The translations under genes were made by a program, and so were the position numbers. DNA of 63,563 bases, filler included, from an uncultured bacterium (GTDB taxonomy: Bacteria; CAYJOG01): assembly GCA_964371695.1 (NCBI GenBank). It is 16 parts of 16 records of this genome, joined end to end, with 100 filler letters (N's around TTAATTAATTAA, not from the genome) between each part and the next. Parts side by side here need not be neighbours in the genome. Positions count along the whole stretch, not along the records: positions 20,153 to 24,048 come from CAYJOG010000338.1; positions 24,149 to 28,035 come from CAYJOG010000339.1; positions 28,136 to 32,019 come from CAYJOG010000340.1; 13 more parts are not named here. One strand, 5' to 3'. The number at the start of each line of letters is the position of its first letter. Within the stretch, counting starts at the first letter, position 1. Shown piece after piece: positions 20,153 through 32,119 of this stretch. The notes below the pieces were generated by a model. That model was not told the DNA's origin. It made no database searches and was given only the letters and a program-made list of their open reading frames with translations.

Positions 20153-23100
20153 GCCGCCGTGGTGCTGGGTTTCAGCAAGCAGGAAATCCGCCTGGGCGTG
20201 GGAGGCGTGGAAGAAGTGATCGTGAGCGTCAAGAAGTTCCCGTCGGGTGAAGGGGTGGGGGGTGTGGGTCTGAAGATGAACTTCGACCCCCGCGCCGTGA
20301 AACTGGTGGACCGGGGCGGCGTGCTGGCGGACAAGGTGCTGGTGAACCCGGTGTATGACCTGGTGCTGGGAAACACCATCGACAACAACGCGGGCACGCT
20401 GGAAGTCAACGTGGTGCCTCTTTCTTTTGGCGTGGTGATTCCCGCGCCGGTGGAGTTGTTCCGTTTTTATGTGCGGGGTGAGACCCTCACGCCGGTGGGG
20501 GCCATTCGCATCAACCCCAACGAGGTGGTGATGCCCGGCCTTGCGGCCAGCCGCACCGTGGCGGTGGAGCCTCTGAACGTGCTGGTGACGCAGGGCGGCA
20601 CCAAAAGCAGTGTGGCGGGGAGCCAGGGATTTCGCATCACGGGCAAAAAAGAAGTCACATTTGGCACTGCCACCTATGACGTGGCGCCTGAAACCAAAAC
20701 CGTCACCTTCGCCACCGGCCCCCGCAGCGCAGAGCCGGACCAGAACTTTGATTATCTGGCGGACAAGGGTTATCTCAACCCCATCGCCAGCAGCGAGGCC
20801 CTGGTGATTTCGGGCGGCGAGACTCTGCCCCGCGGGCGTTCGCGCACCCGCGACGGCGGCGGGTTTGTGGTGGAAGGCGGCGACTGGGACATCACCTCGG
20901 TGCGGGGCCTGAGCGGCAGCGCCACCACCGACGCCAATGTGCAGACCTTTCTCTCCGTCATCGCCTGGCGCGACCCGGCGGCCCTGCGAGGCAAGGAACT
21001 GGTGCTCACCTACAAACAGCGCACCCAAAGCCCCACCGCCCAGACCGCCTTTGGCGTGGTGGGGGCCAGCATTCGCCAGAGCACCAATCTGGCCATCAGC
21101 GGCGGCGTGGGGGGCAAGGCCCAGGTAGAGGGACAGGTGACAGAAAACCCCGGCACCCAGGCGGTGACGCGCATCAAGCTCACCACGCGCCCGGCGGTGT
21201 TTGAGTTTGGCGACGTGAACTTCACCATGCCCGGCGGGGCCTATACCAACCTGCCCCTCAGGCAGGGCGAAGGCATGCAGATGAGCCTGCGGCCCGGCGG
21301 CAGCCTGCGGGACAAACTCACCCTCGACGCCGTGCTCATGAAGGCCCGCAGCTAGCAGGCGATTTCACCCGAAATCCAGGCCAACCTCACCAACCCCAAG
21401 GGGCCGTTTCCGTTTGCGGCCAACCAGCCGGTGGTGCCCGGCAGCGTGCAGGTCAACATAGACGGTGAGCCGGTGCCCGCCAGCGATTTTGAGGTGGACT
21501 ATGGCAGGGGCGAGTTCACGCTGATTGGCCGCAAGCTGGAGCCTCACCAGAAGGCCCGTGTGGTGTATGAAAAAAGTTCGCTGCTGTTTTTCACCGGCGG
21601 TGTCACCGGCTGGCGCATGGGTTATAAACCCAGCCCCAAATTTGGCGTGAACCTGACACGCCTTGAGAGCCAGGCCAGCCAGGCCGACAGCGACCCCACC
21701 CTCACGGCCAACGAAACGGCCCTGCGGGTGTGTCGCCAGGGCATTGTGAACGACCCCTGCGGCAGCGAGGTGGGCGAAAACCAGTTCCGCACCGCCCGCG
21801 CCCGCGTGGATGTCCGCAAACCCGAAGACATTCTCATCACCTTCAAAAATACGCTGGCCGACGCTGCGGTGCTGGGCCAGCTCACGGCCTCGGGGGCCAT
21901 CACCGAGGGCGAACACCAACTGCTGAGCCAGCCCGGCGCGTTGTTCACCCTCACGTTTGGCAAGGACGTGTTTTTCAAAACACCCCAGGATCAGTACAAG
22001 GGGGTGTGGTCGCTGGCCGAGGACAGCCTGCTGGCGCGCATCGGGGGCCGTGGTGAGGTGACGGTGCTGTATCCCTTCTTCAACCCCACCTATGTGCAGG
22101 AGCAGGAAATCGTCATCGCCAGTTATGACGGACGCACCGACATTCCCCTGCCTTCAGACGCGTTCCCCGGCAGCGAGGAAGTATGGGTGGGCGAGTTATA
22201 TCAGCTTGAGCCGACGGGCAGGCCCAACAGCCTGAACGAATACACCCTGGAGAACAAACCCCAGCCCACCATTGTGTTGCAGGGGGGCACCCGCCTGCGC
22301 AACGGCGACAGGCTGCGCATCACCTATGACTCGGTGCCGCTTTTCAGCGGCGTGGGCGGCACCTTTGACAAAATCGTGCAGGGTTTTGATTTTCGTTACG
22401 CCCCCAACAGCAAACTCACCATCACGGGCGAAACCGCCGAGAGCACCGGCGACCTGGGCGAAATCACCACTCCCATCACCGACCGCATCGAAAACTTCGA
22501 CACCGTGTGCCGCAACCTGACGTGCAAGCTGAGCAACAAGCCGGTGTTTGGTGTGGACCCGGTGGTGGAAATCGTGAAACCCGACGGCAACGCGGTGCGG
22601 ATTACGGTGTTCACGGTGGATTACGCCGCCAGCACCATCAGCCTGGGGCGCAGCGAGAGTCAGCACCCCTATCAGAGCCTCAATGTGCTGGAGGCCGGGC
22701 TGGCCAAACCCACGGTGCGTCTCACCAATGAGCCGATGGACATGAGCCTGTGCCGGGATTACAACGTGCCCGGCAAACCCTATAACTACCGCTGCTTTTT
22801 GCCCTTTGGCAACGTGGTGAACGAAGGCAATCTGGTGCTCACCGAGCAGACCGACGCCGGGCCGGTGGTGCTCACGACGGATCGTTACGAACTCTTTGCC
22901 CAGGCGGGGGTGGTGCTGCTGAGTCGGTCTCAGGCGCTGCCCATGCTGGCGACGTTTGACTATGTGCCCACCCATCTGGTGCTCAGGGTGGCTTATACCG
23001 TGGCCACCGGCGCGGCGCGCACGGGTGAAATCGCCAAGGGGCGAGTGTCCACCGTCACCGTGGGTTATAAAGAAAAAAAATGGGACTATGCGCTGAACAC

Positions 23101-24048
23101 CACCCGCCGGGACCGCACCTTTCTGGAGTTTTCCAGCAACACCAAGGGGGTGGGGGCCGCCGACACCACCAACGAAAATCACACGCTGAACCTGCGGCCC
23201 GTCAAGGGCATGGACGTGGCGCTGAAACTGACCGAAAACCGCAGCGAGCCTATTGGCGCGGCGGGCAGTCACAACGCCGTGCAGGATTTGTCGGTGAACT
23301 TTCCGCGGGGGGCCGTGAAGACTTTCCGGTTTGGCCGCAACCGCACCCGGAACGAAGTGCTGGCCGCGGCGGGCGGCGCGGTGGGCCAGGGCGCGCAAAA
23401 CACCGAAACCACCAAGGACTTTCTGAACCTAGCCTATGCCGTGCGCAACCGCGACCGCCTGAAACTCTCGCTGGATTACGAATCCACCGACACCAGCAAC
23501 GAAGCACTCAGCAACAGCTTGGCGATTGGGGCGGGCAAGGTCAAAACCGGCCTGCTCAAAAAAACCACCTCACTCAGGGCCGATTACAAACTCAATGCGC
23601 GGGGCGCCCTGGGCACGCGGCTGACACACGCCTATGAGGGCAGTGGTTATGGTTATGACCTGAATTATTCCCTGCTCAAAAACGGCCGGGCCAATTTCAC
23701 CAGCAACTATGACAACAGCCGCAACAGCGTGGTGATGGGCAACCGCTTTACCCTGCTGCCCACCCGCGACCTGCGCTTTGACGTCAACCTGAGCCGCAAC
23801 CAGAACCGCGCCCTCACGGGTCTCGCCAGCCGCAACGACACCGTGACGGTGGACATCAGCAAAGCCCGCTGGGGGCCTCTGGTGTTGCCCAAACTGGTGA
23901 TTTCACGCAGAACCGACCCCAACGTGGTGCAGGGGGGCCAGCGCACCGAGACATTTGCCCTGGACACCAGCGTGCGCCTGCTCAGGCAGATTGACATAAG
24001 GCCCCACTTTGACCAGAACAGCACCACCGACGCGCTTAAGGATTCTTC
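20153..24048 (+). CDS. Very large outer-membrane/secreted protein fragment (about 1300 codons, both ends missing), in-frame TAG at 21353-21355
   Basis: ORFs 20159-21355 and 21431-24100 share one frame, separated by a single TAG. SprA-like PGSVQVNIDG..FEVDYGRGEF repeats; alternating beta-strand C-terminal half. Confidence 0.6.
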
Positions 24049-24148
24049 NNNNNNNNNNNNNNNNNNNNNNNNNNNNNNNNNNNNNNNNNNNNTTAATTAA
24101 TTAANNNNNNNNNNNNNNNNNNNNNNNNNNNNNNNNNNNNNNNNNNNN

Positions 24149-24662
24149 CATGCAGTCCGTCCGGTACATGCAGCCACTGCAACCAGTTTTTGCCCTGTTG
24201 TGTCTGACGGGGTTGGTGGGCGCTTTCGCCGCCAGGGGTCAAAAAATCGCACTGGCGCTGCTGGTGATTTTCTGGGCTGCGGCGCAACTGGCCCAGGTGT
24301 TTTTTCAGGCGCGGCAACTGGCCACACCCGCCGCCACGGCGCACCCCGCCGAACTGGTGGTGATGTATCTGCGGCAACACCCCGGCAGGCCTCATCTGGT
24401 TTTCGACGACAACAAGGTGCTCTATGACATTTATGGTTTTCCGGTAGCGGCGGCTTATCCTCCGGCTGCACAAATCCCCAAGCTGCACACCAGCCAGCGG
24501 CTGTACGTTTATGTGGTGGTGTATGACCAGGGGGCAACGTCCGGTTTTGCCGGGCGGCGTCAGGCAGCAATGGCCCTGACCCAAAAACTCCGCCTCAGGC
24601 CGCTGGGATTCAGAAACCATCCGCACACCGGCGGCACGGTGTATGGCGGATGGGTGCGGTGA
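24149..24662 (+). CDS. C-terminal fragment of a membrane protein, possibly a GT-C glycosyltransferase-like protein
   Basis: RYMQPLQP followed by two transmembrane segments and a soluble tail; 5' truncated. Confidence 0.45.
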
Positions 24663-24797
24663 TTCTGGTGGTTCATTTGGTTAAAAATGAGGAGTAGGTG
24701 CGATATCCCCACCGCTGCTACTCATTTTGAGTCGAATGAACCAGTAGTGCCCATCCAATGTCGGATGCAGGACGGAACCCGCCCCCTCTCCCCTTGA

Positions 24798-25187
24798 GGG
24801 CTTGTCATTACCCACATCTTTTGGGCTTGGGTGGGGTCAGGCGGCAATACCAGCAGAAACAGGGGGGACTCCGGCGTCATTCCCGCGAAAGCGGGAATCC
24901 AGTCAAACGAAAGAACAACGCCAAACAAAAGGTAGCCCCGGCGTCCGCGCCGGGAGCAAAAAAACGCCGAAGGCGTCACCAAACAGCTCTTTTCATGTAA
25001 ATACAGAGAAAAAACTGAACGGTGTGCGCCTGCGGCGCGGCCCAGACTCCCGGCGTGGACGCCGGGGCTACCATAAAAAACTTCTCCTCTCCTTCGGAGG
25101 GGAAGAAGAACAAGTGGTTTTTGCTCATATTTGAACTGGATTCCCGCTATCGCGGGAATGACGGCAACTTGTGGGAATGACAAGCCC
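24798..25187. mobile_element. Non-autonomous MITE with nested REP-like elements
   Basis: Terminal inverted repeats GGGCTTGTCATTACCCACA / TGTGGGAATGACAAGCCC; direct repeat CTTGA at 24793-24797 and 25188-25192; no transposase inside. Confidence 0.8.
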
Positions 25188-25251
25188 CTTGAGGGAGAGG
25201 TGAAAGGCGGCTTCGCTTTTTGTGCCACCAACTCTGAAAACACTCTAAATC

Positions 25252-27798
25252 TCACGGCCTGAGCAGCGGCGTGAATTTGCCATCGCCGCCCGTGTCAATC
25301 CAGAAGGGGTTGGTGAAACCAAAGGGCCGCGCACCGGGATAAACGGGGTAGAGGTCTTTGTCGCCGTGGGCGATAACCACATACCACGCGTCCCGTTTGG
25401 GCTTCAGCGGCAACACGCCCTGAAACTTCACCACGCCTTCCCTTGCCGGGGGCGTGAGACTCTGGATTTTCACGCCGTTCTCGTACAGGTCCAGGCGTTT
25501 GAGATCCGTCCAGGTGGTTCCCTGCACCTTCACGCCCAGTTTGTAAACACCGTTTTTTGTGTGAAAGGTTTTGCCCAACACTTCTTTTTGTCCGTTCATG
25601 GAAAGGCTGAGGAACAGGCCGCCGTTCACCACCACCTGCTGTTTTTTCAGGCTGGCCAGAAACTCCGTCACGTTCATCTTCGCCGGGTCATCGGTGCTCA
25701 CGCGCACCATGTTGCGCGGATAACCCACCTCCAGGTGATAGGCGTCGTGGCTGTCGCTGTTGCCGTGGGCGGTCATCTTGCGCCCCATGTTCAAGAAGCT
25801 CGACCAGTCGGCGAAGATTTCCCAAAAGTGCCCCAAGCCCTTGCCGTTCAGCACTTCAATGCCGTCAAAATCCAGCGTGAGTTGCGCGGGGATTTTCGCC
25901 TTGCCCGTTTTGGGGTCATACCCCAGGTTTTCCAGATAACCCTGGCCCCCCACAATGCCGGGTTTGCTGCGGGGGTGATTCATCTGCACCACCACCGCGC
26001 CTTTGTCCTGGCGCAGTTCGCGGATGATTTCGGGCACGTTTTTGCCATACCAGTCCACCGCGCCGTTGTCGGGTTTTTTTTCGTCGCGCTTGACGGGAAA
26101 ACCGTTGAAGTGCCCCCAGCGCACGGTGGTCAGCTCTACGCCGTTGATGGTTTTCATCCAGGGCGTCACGTTCAGTTTTTTCACATAAGGCGCGTAGTCG
26201 CTGTGGTGATCGTGGTCGGTGGCGATGGGTATTTCCAGCCCTGTGGCGGCGAAAGAGGCGATTTTGTCTTCGTAGGTGTCGTCGGTGTCGGTGCTGCCGA
26301 GCGCGTGAATGTGAAAGTCGCCGCCCTGAAAACCCGTGGTGTCCACACTGTGACGAAGCGTGGCGACGAGCACGAGCGGTGCGCCCGGTTTGAGTGAAAT
26401 ATCCTGTTTGAAGATTTCGTATTCCAGGCCACGGGAGATATACAAGGTGTAATCCCCCGGCGGCACGGCGGTGAGGCCCTTGCCTTGTGTGGCGAAAACG
26501 ATTTTTTCGAACCCGCCGTGAAACCCCTGGGTGGCGGCGGTGATGGGATTGCCGTTCACCGCGCCTTTGGGGGCAAAAGCCAGCGTGGCGGGAATCACCC
26601 GGCCCTTTTCGTCTTTCACGGTGTAATTCACCCAGGCGGTTTCGCTCAGGGTCAGGTCTTTCACCTGCGTGCTGTCGGGCTGTATCTCCACGGTCACGGC
26701 CTCGCCCAGGGGGGTGTCGGGCGCGCCGGTTTTGAGCAGCCACTTGCCCGGCGGCAACGAAAGGGACCAGGCCCCCGTGGCGTCGGTGCGGGCCAGAGAG
26801 TAGGGCTGGGCCGCCCCCTCGGCAAAAGCATAAACCTCGGCATGGGGTGTTTTGGCCCGGTCACAGGCCACGCGCCCCAACACCGTGCCGCCCTGCGTGA
26901 GAAAGGGCGCGAGCACGCTGGCCACGTCGCCCGTGCCCACGCTGAGGCGGGTTTTCAGTGTCACGCTCTGGCCCGGCTCCAGGGTGAACACCTCACCCGC
27001 CGCGCCCTTGATGGCCCCGCCGTCGATGGCGATTTTCAGCGGGTTGTCGTCATATTGCAGGCCATAACTGATGTTGGGCCCCGTGAGCCCCAGAAACGAA
27101 TAGGGCTTCTGTTTCATCACCTCGCGGTCATAACCGCCGCCGGGGGTGAAAAACTGCAGGCCGTCGCCCAGAAAATAAACCACGCCGGTGTGAAAACTTT
27201 TTTTGAACTCGCCGGGGTTGGAAACAGTGAGGCGCACGGTGAGAAACGTGTCTTCGGGGGCCAGTTCGTAGTCATACACCATCTTGAGTTTCATGGGCTT
27301 GGTGTGGCCCTTCAGCACGTCCACGATATAGGGCAGGTCGCCGTCTTCGCCGCTCACGCGCACCACCGCCGCGCCGCCGTCCTGACCGTTTTTGAGCACT
27401 TCTATTTTTTGCGGCACAAACACCCGCAGGTTGGTGTAGACCTGACCGGGGGGATAAATGATGGGAATCATCTCGTCCATCAGGTTGTAATCCATGCGGC
27501 CCGAAGGGGCCAGACGCCCCACGTCGCTCAACAGTCCGCCAAAGCGGTAGATGTTGCTGGAGGGGCGGATGTCTTCGATCACCGCCGCGATTTTTCCGTT
27601 GAGCAGTTGATAGTCACCCACACGCCCCTCGCCCTTGACGCCGCCGATGCGCTGATCAGGCGAGTTGAGGCGAAAGGCCATCGCCAGCGGATGCAGCGTG
27701 CCCGGCGCGTGGCCAGGATGGGCCGACGCAGTGCGGGGGGCGGCCGCCATCACCAGCAGGCCGCAAAAGAGAGAAGTTAAGAAATGGTTAAGGCGCAT
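25252..27798 (-). CDS. Secreted CehA/McbA-like PHP-domain metallohydrolase
   Basis: Signal peptide; GDFHIH, ATDHD, GVELT..GHFNGFP, NHPR, GNSDSH and GYPRN motifs. Confidence 0.85.
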   Translation of the reverse strand: MRLNHFLTSLFCGLLVMAAAPRTASAHPGHAPGTLHPLAMAFRLNSPDQRIGGVKGEGRVGDYQLLNGKIAAVIEDIRPSSNIYRFGGLLSDVGRLAPSGRMDYNLMDEMIPIIYPPGQVYTNLRVFVPQKIEVLKNGQDGGAAVVRVSGEDGDLPYIVDVLKGHTKPMKLKMVYDYELAPEDTFLTVRLTVSNPGEFKKSFHTGVVYFLGDGLQFFTPGGGYDREVMKQKPYSFLGLTGPNISYGLQYDDNPLKIAIDGGAIKGAAGEVFTLEPGQSVTLKTRLSVGTGDVASVLAPFLTQGGTVLGRVACDRAKTPHAEVYAFAEGAAQPYSLARTDATGAWSLSLPPGKWLLKTGAPDTPLGEAVTVEIQPDSTQVKDLTLSETAWVNYTVKDEKGRVIPATLAFAPKGAVNGNPITAATQGFHGGFEKIVFATQGKGLTAVPPGDYTLYISRGLEYEIFKQDISLKPGAPLVLVATLRHSVDTTGFQGGDFHIHALGSTDTDDTYEDKIASFAATGLEIPIATDHDHHSDYAPYVKKLNVTPWMKTINGVELTTVRWGHFNGFPVKRDEKKPDNGAVDWYGKNVPEIIRELRQDKGAVVVQMNHPRSKPGIVGGQGYLENLGYDPKTGKAKIPAQLTLDFDGIEVLNGKGLGHFWEIFADWSSFLNMGRKMTAHGNSDSHDAYHLEVGYPRNMVRVSTDDPAKMNVTEFLASLKKQQVVVNGGLFLSLSMNGQKEVLGKTFHTKNGVYKLGVKVQGTTWTDLKRLDLYENGVKIQSLTPPAREGVVKFQGVLPLKPKRDAWYVVIAHGDKDLYPVYPGARPFGFTNPFWIDTGGDGKFTPLLRP

Positions 27799-27994
27799 CG
27801 GGCCAGTTTGTCGTTTGACAGGGTTTGCTGCAAGAAATTGGTCAGGTGACCAATGGCGTTCATGTAAGTCGCTTTAATGCCCCAGGTGGGAATATTTTAT
27901 TAAAAGGCGCTGATTTCTCTCGGCATCATCCCCGCAGGAAGATGGAAGTTGGCGGTTGGAAAAGAGAAAAGAAAAATGCCCAGTTGCCCCCGCC

Positions 27995-28026
27995 GTCATT
28001 CCCGCGAAAGCGGGAATCCAGTCAAA
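27995..28026 (+). repeat. CGTCATTCCCGCGAAAGCGGGAATCCAG palindrome (dRS3-like core)
   Basis: Copies at 24875-24903, 25135-25163 (-) and 56996-57024 (-); degenerate copy at 63486-63513. Confidence 0.9.
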
Positions 28027-28135
28027 GCAATAAAANNNNNNNNNNNNNNNNNNNNNNNNNNNNNNNNNNNNNNNNNNNNTTAATTAATTAANNNNNNNNN
28101 NNNNNNNNNNNNNNNNNNNNNNNNNNNNNNNNNNN

Positions 28136-29055
28136 TGGACGTGGTGAAAGAAAACATACAGAACCTCAAGGGCACCATCGAGGTGCAGATCTAGGTGGTC
28201 AAGGGCACGTCCTTCATCATGCGCCTGCCACTCACGCTGGCGATCATCCAGGCCCTGCTGGTGACCGCCAGCGGGCGCACCTTTGTGATTCCCCTCAGCA
28301 ACGTCAAAGAGAATCTTTCTGCCGATGACCGCCTGATTGAAACCGTGGAAGGCGCACGGGTGCTGCGCCTGCGCGAAGAAGTGCTGAGCATTGTGCNNNN
28401 NNNNNNCTCGGACGTATTTCATTACCCCCCCGCGCAGCAACTGGATCAACCCCCTCTGGTGATTCTGGAACACGGAACAGACCGCGTGGCGCTTCAGGTG
28501 GACCGCCTGCTGGGCAAACAGGAAGTGGTGGTGAAATCCCTGGGGTCGCTCTTGCGCAACGTGCGCAACATCAGCGGGGCCACGATTCTTGATCAGGGCA
28601 AGGCGGCGCTCATTCTGGACGTGCCCGCCGTGATGGAAACGGTCAAGAAACTCAAGAACCTGCCCCTGGATGAAAACGCCCTGACGGTGGTGGTGGCCGA
28701 TGATTCCCTCAGCACCCGGCGGCACCACAAGATGATGCTGGAGCGCGCACGCTATACCGTGCTGGAAGCTTCCAGCGGCAGGGAAGCCCTGGAACTGCTG
28801 CTGCAGAACAACACCCAGGTGCTGGTGACCGACGTGAACATGCCGCTGATGGATGGTTTTGAACTGACCCGCCGCGTGCGTCTGGACCCGCGCCTGCGCC
28901 ACCTGCGGGTGGTTGTGATCACCGCCCTGGACGATGAAGACACCCGCCAGCGCGCCCAGCAGGTGGGTGTGGACTTTTTGCTGAACAAACCCGTTCCGGA
29001 AAGCGACCTGCTGCGCAAGGTGGCCGGGGAAGGGGGGATTCTGCGTGGAGCATGA
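28136..29055 (+). CDS. cheA: Hybrid CheA-REC histidine kinase, C-terminal fragment, in-frame TAG at 28192
   Basis: LKGTIEV..KGTSFIMRLPLTLAI; P5 domain QEVVVKSLG..ISGATIL.QG..LILDV; receiver VVADDS..TDVNMP.MDG..KP. Confidence 0.9.
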
Positions 29056-29509
29056 AGCCGAATCATCTCCGTTGAAGGAGAATTACACCCGCTTCAAGCT
29101 GCACCACGAGCATTACGCCGTGAAGGTGGACATGGTGAAGGAAATCCTGATGGAGCGCCATGTCACCGAGGTGCCGGGCACGCCGCCCTTCTTGCAGGGG
29201 GTCATCAACCTGCGGGGCGAAATCCTGCCCTTGTTCGACCTGAAGGTGCTGTTCAATTTTCCGGGCGTGGACGCGGGAGAAGGCACCTTTCTTATTGTGC
29301 TGAACGTGGGTGAGGAGCTGCTGGCCATTCAGGTGGATGGCGTGAAGGAAGTGGTGGAGATTCCGCCCGAACAGGTGGTGCTGGGGCAGCGGGCCATGAG
29401 TTCGATTCACCCCGATTTCATTCTGGGCGTGGCCCGCACCGAGCCGCAGCTCACCACCCTGCTGGACATGGGAAAAATCGTGGAGCACATCGAGGAGATG
29501 CTGGGATGA
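29045..29509 (+). CDS. cheW: Chemotaxis coupling protein CheW
   Basis: VTEVPGTPPFLQGVINLRGEILPLFDL. Confidence 0.92.
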   Translation: MEHEAESSPLKENYTRFKLHHEHYAVKVDMVKEILMERHVTEVPGTPPFLQGVINLRGEILPLFDLKVLFNFPGVDAGEGTFLIVLNVGEELLAIQVDGVKEVVEIPPEQVVLGQRAMSSIHPDFILGVARTEPQLTTLLDMGKIVEHIEEMLG

Positions 29510-29555
29510 TAAAAAAATGGTTTTTTGCTGAAGCTCAACAGCTTTTGAGCCAAGG

Positions 29556-31823
29556 GTGGCTCAGAAACGAGGTGTATTTTTGAAAATCTTCTGGAAAATC
29601 TGGGGCGTGCTGATGGCGGGGGGCCTGTTTGTGATGGTGGTGTTCGGTTTCACCGTCATGGCCTCCATGCAGGAAGTCAACCGCTCACAATCCGACTCTT
29701 TGGCCGTGATGCAACGGCTGGTGAAGGAAGGCCCCCAAGACGGCAAACCCTCGGCCAAAACCGAAAAGGCCCAAAGCGCCCTGCGCGACATTGACGCCCA
29801 AACCCGCCAGCGGGTCATCCGCAAGTTCATCATGTTTTTCACCCCGGCCCTGCTGGCGGTGACGCTGATGGGCCTGATGACAAGCTGGTATGTCTGCCAC
29901 AGCCTCAACAAACCCCTCTCTGGCGTGGGGGCCACGCTCAAGGCCATTGCCCACGGCGATCTCACACAGTCGGTGGAATACGAGTTTCCGCCCTATGGTC
30001 TGGTGCGCGAAACCGACGAAATCGGCCGCATGATCGGCCAGTTGGACGACATGCGCGAGGGCCTGGCCCGCGTGGTGCGCGACACCAAGGGCAACGTGGG
30101 CGGCGTGGAAAGCGCCAGCGACGACTTCATGAAATCCGCCACCGGCCTGAGCGAATCCATGGCGTCGTTGTGGCAGTTGCTCAAAGAGGTGGAAGGCAGC
30201 GTGGAGCGCATCAGCTCGCACCTCATGTTTGTGGCGGGGCACATTCCCCAGGCCCTGCGGCGCACCGGTGAAACGGTGAACGACATCGGTCACATCCAGA
30301 CCTCTTTGCAGGAGGTGAGCGGGGCGGTGAAGGCGCTCGATGAGTTTGTGGACGACACCGCCGGTGTGGTGGCCGAGTTCGGCACCACCATGGAGAACAT
30401 CAACCAGAACACCCTGAGCCTCAAGGGACAGGTGGAGGAATCCGCCCAGGTCATCACCGACATGGTGGAGTCCATCAACAATGCGTCTGGCCGGTCAGAC
30501 CACCTCTCCCGCAGCGTGAGCAAAACCGTGTCTGCCATTGAAGAAATGGTGATGAGCCTCACCAGCCTGCGGCAGATGGCCGAGGGCATGGACGAAAGCC
30601 TGCGCTCCACCGAGAGCGCCATGTCTTTTCTGGTGCAGAGCAGCAAGGACGTGGAAGAAAGCGCCAAAAGCCTGGGCCAGACCGCTCGCCAGAGCAAACG
30701 TCTGGCCGAAGAAGGCGGCGACGCCGTACACCGCACCATGGAGGGCATGAACAACATCCAGCGGGCCGTGCTCTCGGCCACACGCACCGTGCGCAGCCTG
30801 GGCGACGAAGGCAAAAAGATTGGTGAAATCGTGGACACCGTGGCGGCCATCGCCGAGCAGACCAACCTGCTGGCGCTCAATGCCGCCATCGAGGCCGCCC
30901 GCGCCGGCGAACAGGGCAAGGGCTTTGCCGTGGTGGCAGACGAAGTGCGCCAGCTCGCAGAAAAAAGCCAGCGGTCCACTAAAGAGATCGCGGCCATGAT
31001 CACCAAAATCCGCCAGGGCACCGAAGAGGCCGTGCGCAGCATGGAAGAAGGCAACAACGAAGTGCGCCACGGCCACGAACTGGCCACCGAGGCGGGCGAA
31101 ACCCTGGGGCGGATTGTGGAGGGCGTGCGCCAGACCAGCACGCTGATCGACCAGATCGTGGAAAAAACCACCGAACAGAACGCCCAGGGCGAAAACCTGC
31201 GCCGCGTGATGGGCGAGGTGCTGCGTTATGGCGAAAACGTGCGGGAGTTCACCCGCAAGCAAGAGGGCGGCACCAAGTCCATGAAGCGCACCATGGGAGA
31301 GCTGAAGGACATCGCGCTTGACCTGAAAGACCACACCGCCCTGCAGTTGCAGGGCACCGGGCGCATACAGGGCACGGTGGAAAAACTGCGCGCCATCACC
31401 CAGCACATCGCCGTGAGCACCGACCAGCAGCACGAAGGCGCCACCCAGATGCAGCACTCCATTCAGGCCATCAAGACCAAAACCGCCGCCATCAAAAGCG
31501 CCACCGAACAACAGGCCCGCGACGGAGACCGCATTCTGGAGGCCAGCAACGACATGAAGCGCACGCTGGAACAGGTGGGCATCCGCGTGAAAGACCTGGA
31601 GGGCGACAGCCACGGGTTGGTGGACCGCACCCAGCGGGCCTTTGGCGTGGTGGAGAACACCCGCGAAGAAGCCGAAAAGGTGCACGAAAAAACCCAGGAC
31701 CTGCAAAAGGTGGTGGTGTCGCTGAGAAAAAGCGTGCAGCGCTTCACCATCAGCCCCAGCCCCATCACGGGCGGGCCAAGGGTGACAGGCATGCGGTTGC
31801 TCGACGAAGGGGGTGAGGGCTGA
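29556..31823 (+). CDS. Methyl-accepting chemotaxis protein with a long cytoplasmic hairpin
   Basis: Two TM segments, HAMP (GDLT..DEIG) and [34 protein letters not shown]. Confidence 0.95.
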   Translation: MAQKRGVFLKIFWKIWGVLMAGGLFVMVVFGFTVMASMQEVNRSQSDSLAVMQRLVKEGPQDGKPSAKTEKAQSALRDIDAQTRQRVIRKFIMFFTPALLAVTLMGLMTSWYVCHSLNKPLSGVGATLKAIAHGDLTQSVEYEFPPYGLVRETDEIGRMIGQLDDMREGLARVVRDTKGNVGGVESASDDFMKSATGLSESMASLWQLLKEVEGSVERISSHLMFVAGHIPQALRRTGETVNDIGHIQTSLQEVSGAVKALDEFVDDTAGVVAEFGTTMENINQNTLSLKGQVEESAQVITDMVESINNASGRSDHLSRSVSKTVSAIEEMVMSLTSLRQMAEGMDESLRSTESAMSFLVQSSKDVEESAKSLGQTARQSKRLAEEGGDAVHRTMEGMNNIQRAVLSATRTVRSLGDEGKKIGEIVDTVAAIAEQTNLLALNAAIEAARAGEQGKGFAVVADEVRQLAEKSQRSTKEIAAMITKIRQGTEEAVRSMEEGNNEVRHGHELATEAGETLGRIVEGVRQTSTLIDQIVEKTTEQNAQGENLRRVMGEVLRYGENVREFTRKQEGGTKSMKRTMGELKDIALDLKDHTALQLQGTGRIQGTVEKLRAITQHIAVSTDQQHEGATQMQHSIQAIKTKTAAIKSATEQQARDGDRILEASNDMKRTLEQVGIRVKDLEGDSHGLVDRTQRAFGVVENTREEAEKVHEKTQDLQKVVVSLRKSVQRFTISPSPITGGPRVTGMRLLDEGGEG

Positions 31824-32019
31824 TGCGCCGGAGGGACAAGGACAGCTCCAGCCTCTTTGGGGGCCTCACCACCGTTTCGCTGGTGTGTTACGTGTTCATG
31901 ATCAGCGCGTTTCTGGTATCGGCGTTTTTCCCCACCCGTGATGCACGGTAAATCCTTTATGAAGTTTTCCGCCACCGGGCGGAGACGGCGCTGTCGCAGG
32001 TGTCCCGCGCCAACCAGGG
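31823..32019 (+). CDS. N-terminus of a membrane protein coupled to the MCP gene, truncated, in-frame TAA at 31949
   Basis: TGATG overlap with the MCP stop; hydrophobic stretch LTTVSLVCYVFMISAFLVSAFF. Confidence 0.5.
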
Positions 32020-32119
32020 NNNNNNNNNNNNNNNNNNNNNNNNNNNNNNNNNNNNNNNNNNNNTTAATTAATTAANNNNNNNNNNNNNNNNNNNNNNNNN
32101 NNNNNNNNNNNNNNNNNNN

